Origin: Promethearchaeota archaeon
GTDB lineage: Archaea > Asgardarchaeota > Hermodarchaeia > Hermodarchaeales > Hermodarchaeaceae
Assembly (NCBI GenBank): GCA_048939625.1
Contig: JBHLPH010000024.1
Location: 1 to 26,692 of the forward strand
Direction: 5' to 3'
DNA: 26,692 nucleotides
Each line of letters opens with the position of its first letter. Within the stretch, counting starts at the first letter, position 1. This document shows positions 22,999 to 26,692 of this stretch, in pieces. Position numbers and translations under genes: made by a program. The notes beneath the pieces were generated by a model, which worked only from the letters and a program-made list of their open reading frames with translations, was not told where the DNA came from and ran no database searches.

Positions 22999-25926
22999 CT
23001 AGCTAGAGCGAACGGTGAGGTAGAAGTATTCAGTCTCCGTATGCACCCCGTCGACAAGTATCCGTAGTTCTATGATGAAGGTTGTTAGTAGTATCCCGGG
23101 ATCAAGATTCTTCGCTTGGATGGTAATGGTTCCACCCATCAAATCCATGGGGAACATTGTGGACATCCCAACGTTGTAGAGGAAAATCCCACTGGAATAG
23201 GTAGGAGTTACATTTGCACTATGATAGATAATGTCAAAGTTCGGACCATAAGTAGCTAGCTGAATGACAACATCATTTGCCGTTGAATTCCCATTCTTTA
23301 CAAGATAGCTGAGAGAAGCATCCTCTCCCACCTCAATGTCGAAGGGATCTAAGCTGGTTTCTACGAAGTTCACGCCAGTGACAGTCTGGTTGTATCCGAA
23401 GAAGAACTGGGCATACGCTTCTGCTGCGGTTTCGCCATAAGCGACCCGGTTTATGTCTTCTGCGTCTACTAACCCAACGAAAACGAGGGTTTCAACTAAT
23501 GACTCTCCTTGCGCTTGCTCTGCGAAAACAGGGAAGAGATATACCAGATTTCCACTAAGGGTCGTTAGAATTCGGTTTCCAATCCGATATGGTTGGATTA
23601 ACACAAGATCTGAACGAGCCTGTTGTTCAAAGCTTTCTACCGCAGCGTCCACTCCGAAAACTGGACTTGTGGGCACTTGGGTTGATGGATCGAGCGTACC
23701 TGCTCGGGCAAATACTCCGGTTCCAACTTCAGGTCCATTCTTGAATAGATAGAATCCTGCCATTTTCTGTGCTTCGTGGCGGATATAGCGGACTGCCTGG
23801 TAGCCTACCCAGTGTAAGCTTCCATTGAATGGAAAGAGTACGTAGTGGATGTCGGGTTGGCTTTGGGGTTTTTCAAAGAAGTCAGAATAATTTCGCCAGA
23901 CCCAAGGATCGGTTACATGATAATAGAAATTAACTGCTAGTTGGTAGTCTATGAGATCTTCTGGATAGCGAAGTTGGTCTTCAAGCCAGGTGGGAACATC
24001 CACCCAGGGGTACCAGTTTTCGTATAGTGATTCAATGAAGAATTCTGCTGGATTGGCATTGGGATTCCGGACCCAGGTGATATCCCCATTAGCACAATTA
24101 ATCACGGCGAAACCCAAGAGGCGAAGATAGGCCGATTGTGCATATTGGAGTTGCATGGGGTACCCACTAAACACGGGAACACAGTAGTAGGCTTGCCGAT
24201 CCAGTCGATTGAATACCAGATAAGGATCCTGGTCACTATACATGAAGGGTAAAAGGATAGCTCGGACCCGGTCTTGAATATCCCGATGCATCAATAGATT
24301 AGCTGATGGTTCACTAAAAGCCAACCATGTAAAACTAAAATCCTCAATGCTCCAGATGAGTTTTTTCAAAGCAAGTTCAGCACCCGTTAACACATAATCA
24401 GGGGTTCCTTCAAAACTATAGACTCCAGTTTCAGGTGCAATATTAGTATCCACCAGGACGAAACCTTCAAACCCATCAATGAATCCGCTAGGTGGACTCT
24501 CACCATAGTAAATCGGAAAATTGGCATTCACACCGAAGATGCTAAGAAACTGACCGGCAGTCAGGAATTCACCCGTGGCACTATTAGCATCGAGGGCAGA
24601 TGCACCTTCTGCGTGAGTGTAGAGGATGTATTCTTTATGGAAGTCATCACGACTTGGCGGAGTAAGAGAATAGGGGGTGATCCAATACTCGCGTCCACCA
24701 GCAGACACAATATCACTATCGGATAACGACATCCAATTGGCAATAGTTTGGCTTCGCATCCTATTTCGGCTGGCTTCGAAGTCCCAGAGTCTACTATGAC
24801 CTAAGATTTCTCCATCAGAAACGCCAGAATTATTCGTCAACGTTTCATATGGAACCTCGGTGACATCTAGTCCACCAGCCCAGTTGGTGAATTGAATTTC
24901 TTTAGTAACAAGTGGTTCCCAGTGCCAAGGTTCCCACATTTGTCCCTGAATAGGTCCAGCAACAAGGTATCCTGTATAGAGTGCAGGACCAACGATTAAG
25001 GCTACTGTGATGACACCCAGTCCTGTGTAGAGTCTTCGATTCATTCGTGGGACTTCACCTGCGCGACCAAATCGCCCGAATACAGTGAGCCCGAAGGAGA
25101 TGGCACAGACTGTGGTGAAGAAGACAAAGAGGATGAGAATTTGGATGACAAAGAACTGGGTACCTACATCAACTTCAATGTACGGGACACCAAGAAGAAT
25201 CCAGAAAAGGATGAGGACAACGATAAATGAGATTGAAGCTAATACACGGATTTCTGGGTATTCAGTTGAGCGACCAATCCGTCCGAAGTAGTGAATGAGG
25301 TCGAAAACAACCCGGACCCCCATTACTATGAGTAGGAGTGTCATGAAAGTGAAGAAGATTGTATATTGAACCTCAATGGTTGAGGTCAGACTGGCAACAA
25401 CACTCGCGGGGACCATGGGATTGAAGATAAGTTGAAACACCCCGGCAACCTGGCTCCAATCACCAACGCCTGAAGCTGAGCTTTGAAAAAGTAAAGCAAC
25501 GTAGCGCATGTTTTCAGTGAAAATGAAGGTCAACAGCAGATATGAACCTAAAAAGAGTAAGGCTTTCCATCCTACCACAAGGTACCAAGGTGGAACTCGC
25601 CGATCTGTGATGCGGTCACTCATGAAAACGAGGTTCAATGTTTTCGATTCCCAGGGCAATCCAACAAAGGTGATAATGAGCGCCATAGGAATACCAACAA
25701 AGAACAGCAGCCCATTCAACGAATAGGTAGCCCACCAGGAGACACCCGCTTTCGTGATATACATCACGTCCAACATTTTCCAATCTAAGAAGAGATTTTG
25801 AATACCAACAACAGCAGCTGCAATTATTCCTATTACAATGACCAGAACGATGATTACTCCAAATATTTTCCGTCGTGATCCACCGAGCGCTATCACACGT
25901 CGTGATTCATAACCCAAATCCAACAC
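22999..25926 (-). CDS. UPF0182 (COG1615) family membrane protein
   Basis: Multi-TM N-terminus, then RLWD, YTHxxG, IYYGE, RDIQDRV, DQDPYLV, RYPEDL and YHVTDP motifs. Confidence 0.85.
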   Translation of the reverse strand: MLDLGYESRRVIALGGSRRKIFGVIIVLVIVIGIIAAAVVGIQNLFLDWKMLDVMYITKAGVSWWATYSLNGLLFFVGIPMALIITFVGLPWESKTLNLVFMSDRITDRRVPPWYLVVGWKALLFLGSYLLLTFIFTENMRYVALLFQSSASGVGDWSQVAGVFQLIFNPMVPASVVASLTSTIEVQYTIFFTFMTLLLIVMGVRVVFDLIHYFGRIGRSTEYPEIRVLASISFIVVLILFWILLGVPYIEVDVGTQFFVIQILILFVFFTTVCAISFGLTVFGRFGRAGEVPRMNRRLYTGLGVITVALIVGPALYTGYLVAGPIQGQMWEPWHWEPLVTKEIQFTNWAGGLDVTEVPYETLTNNSGVSDGEILGHSRLWDFEASRNRMRSQTIANWMSLSDSDIVSAGGREYWITPYSLTPPSRDDFHKEYILYTHAEGASALDANSATGEFLTAGQFLSIFGVNANFPIYYGESPPSGFIDGFEGFVLVDTNIAPETGVYSFEGTPDYVLTGAELALKKLIWSIEDFSFTWLAFSEPSANLLMHRDIQDRVRAILLPFMYSDQDPYLVFNRLDRQAYYCVPVFSGYPMQLQYAQSAYLRLLGFAVINCANGDITWVRNPNANPAEFFIESLYENWYPWVDVPTWLEDQLRYPEDLIDYQLAVNFYYHVTDPWVWRNYSDFFEKPQSQPDIHYVLFPFNGSLHWVGYQAVRYIRHEAQKMAGFYLFKNGPEVGTGVFARAGTLDPSTQVPTSPVFGVDAAVESFEQQARSDLVLIQPYRIGNRILTTLSGNLVYLFPVFAEQAQGESLVETLVFVGLVDAEDINRVAYGETAAEAYAQFFFGYNQTVTGVNFVETSLDPFDIEVGEDASLSYLVKNGNSTANDVVIQLATYGPNFDIIYHSANVTPTYSSGIFLYNVGMSTMFPMDLMGGTITIQAKNLDPGILLTTFIIELRILVDGVHTETEYFYLTVRSS

Positions 25927-26078
25927 CTTTCATCAAATTAGTCAGGGAACAGTTACTTTAAGGGTACCATAGAATTTCAGGTTTAAGACTTTTGAGTTGA
26001 CACTAGAATGAGGCTAACGCGTGCAAAAGGGTTAAGTTCTGTGATTTTAAACGAGCTAATAGAACGGAAGAGATTGCT

Positions 26079-26692
26079 ATGAGACAGAAACTTGTCGTCT
26101 CGGTTTCCGGAAAAGGCGGTACTGGTAAAACCACAATTACCACCTTGCTTCTCCGAACCTTACTTCATCATACTAAGCATCAGCTTCTTGTCGTTGATGC
26201 AGATCCAGTGATGAACCTACCAGCAATGCTGAATTTATTTGTTGAAACATCTGTGGGTGAAGCCGCGACGCAACTCCGAGAGGATATCGATGCAGGATCT
26301 GTTCCTGCAGCAACTTCAAAACAAGATCGTTTAGAAGGAGAAGTCTATGAAGCTCTTGTGGAAGGAGACCAATTCGATTTCCTTGCCATGGGACGTACTG
26401 AGGGCGAAGGCTGTTACTGCTTTGTTAACCGGGTTCTCACGCAAATTCTGGACACAATAACGACGAATTATGATGTGACGCTCCTCGATATGGATGCAGG
26501 GTTGGAGCACTTGAGCCGTCGTACTGATCGAAATGTCGATGTCCTAATTATCATCATTGATCCATCAAAAATGTCCTTTGATGCTGCTGTCCGGATCAAG
26601 GAACTGGCAAAGGAGGTACATATTGATTTTAAACGCATCTGGGTGATTGCAAACCGATTTCCTTCCTCTATGATTAATGAGACCTCAGACAG
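26079..26692 (+). CDS. cooC: CooC/AcsF nickel-insertion ATPase (CODH/ACS maturation), truncated by the window end
   Basis: Hand translation: SGKGGTGKTT, VDADP, MGRTEGEGCYCFVN, DMDAGLEHLSR. Confidence 0.9.
   Translation, partial: MRQKLVVSVSGKGGTGKTTITTLLLRTLLHHTKHQLLVVDADPVMNLPAMLNLFVETSVGEAATQLREDIDAGSVPAATSKQDRLEGEVYEALVEGDQFDFLAMGRTEGEGCYCFVNRVLTQILDTITTNYDVTLLDMDAGLEHLSRRTDRNVDVLIIIIDPSKMSFDAAVRIKELAKEVHIDFKRIWVIANRFPSSMINETSD

Noticed and set aside
1-26692. tRNA, rRNA, CRISPR array, IS transposase, in-frame selenocysteine or pyrrolysine readthrough
   Set aside because: No cloverleaf, spaced direct repeats, transposase motifs or interrupted conserved genes were recognised by eye.

Overview
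Archaeal chromosomal segment, most likely from an Asgard archaeon. This is inferred from a translationally coupled longin-domain/Rab-like GTPase pair, a TRAP-beta-like surface protein with a Pro-rich and Zn-ribbon tail, a long TPR protein, eL41 and GGTGA/GGAGG ribosome-binding sites. Recognisable genes are an HtrA protease, CPBP/CAAX protease, GNAT acetyltransferase, two HEAT-repeat proteins, an HNH endonuclease, an ICMT/PEMT-family methyltransferase, a QueG-like Fe-S protein, a XerA tyrosine recombinase, a TPR-nitrilase fusion, DUF362, UPF0182 and a partial CooC. Five small ORFs missing from the supplied track were read by hand: eL41 (23 aa), a 58-aa ORF divergent from xerA, a 59-aa membrane ORF, and a tandem pair of oppositely charged micro-ORFs (23-aa Lys-rich, 25-aa Asp/Glu-rich with two Trp) joined by an open +1 frame. 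The best leads are this micro-ORF pair, the TPR-nitrilase plus membrane-protein unit, and the xerA locus with its AT-rich spacers, dif-like sites and structured leader. No tRNA, rRNA, CRISPR array or IS element was seen. All family calls come from motif recognition by eye, without database searches.
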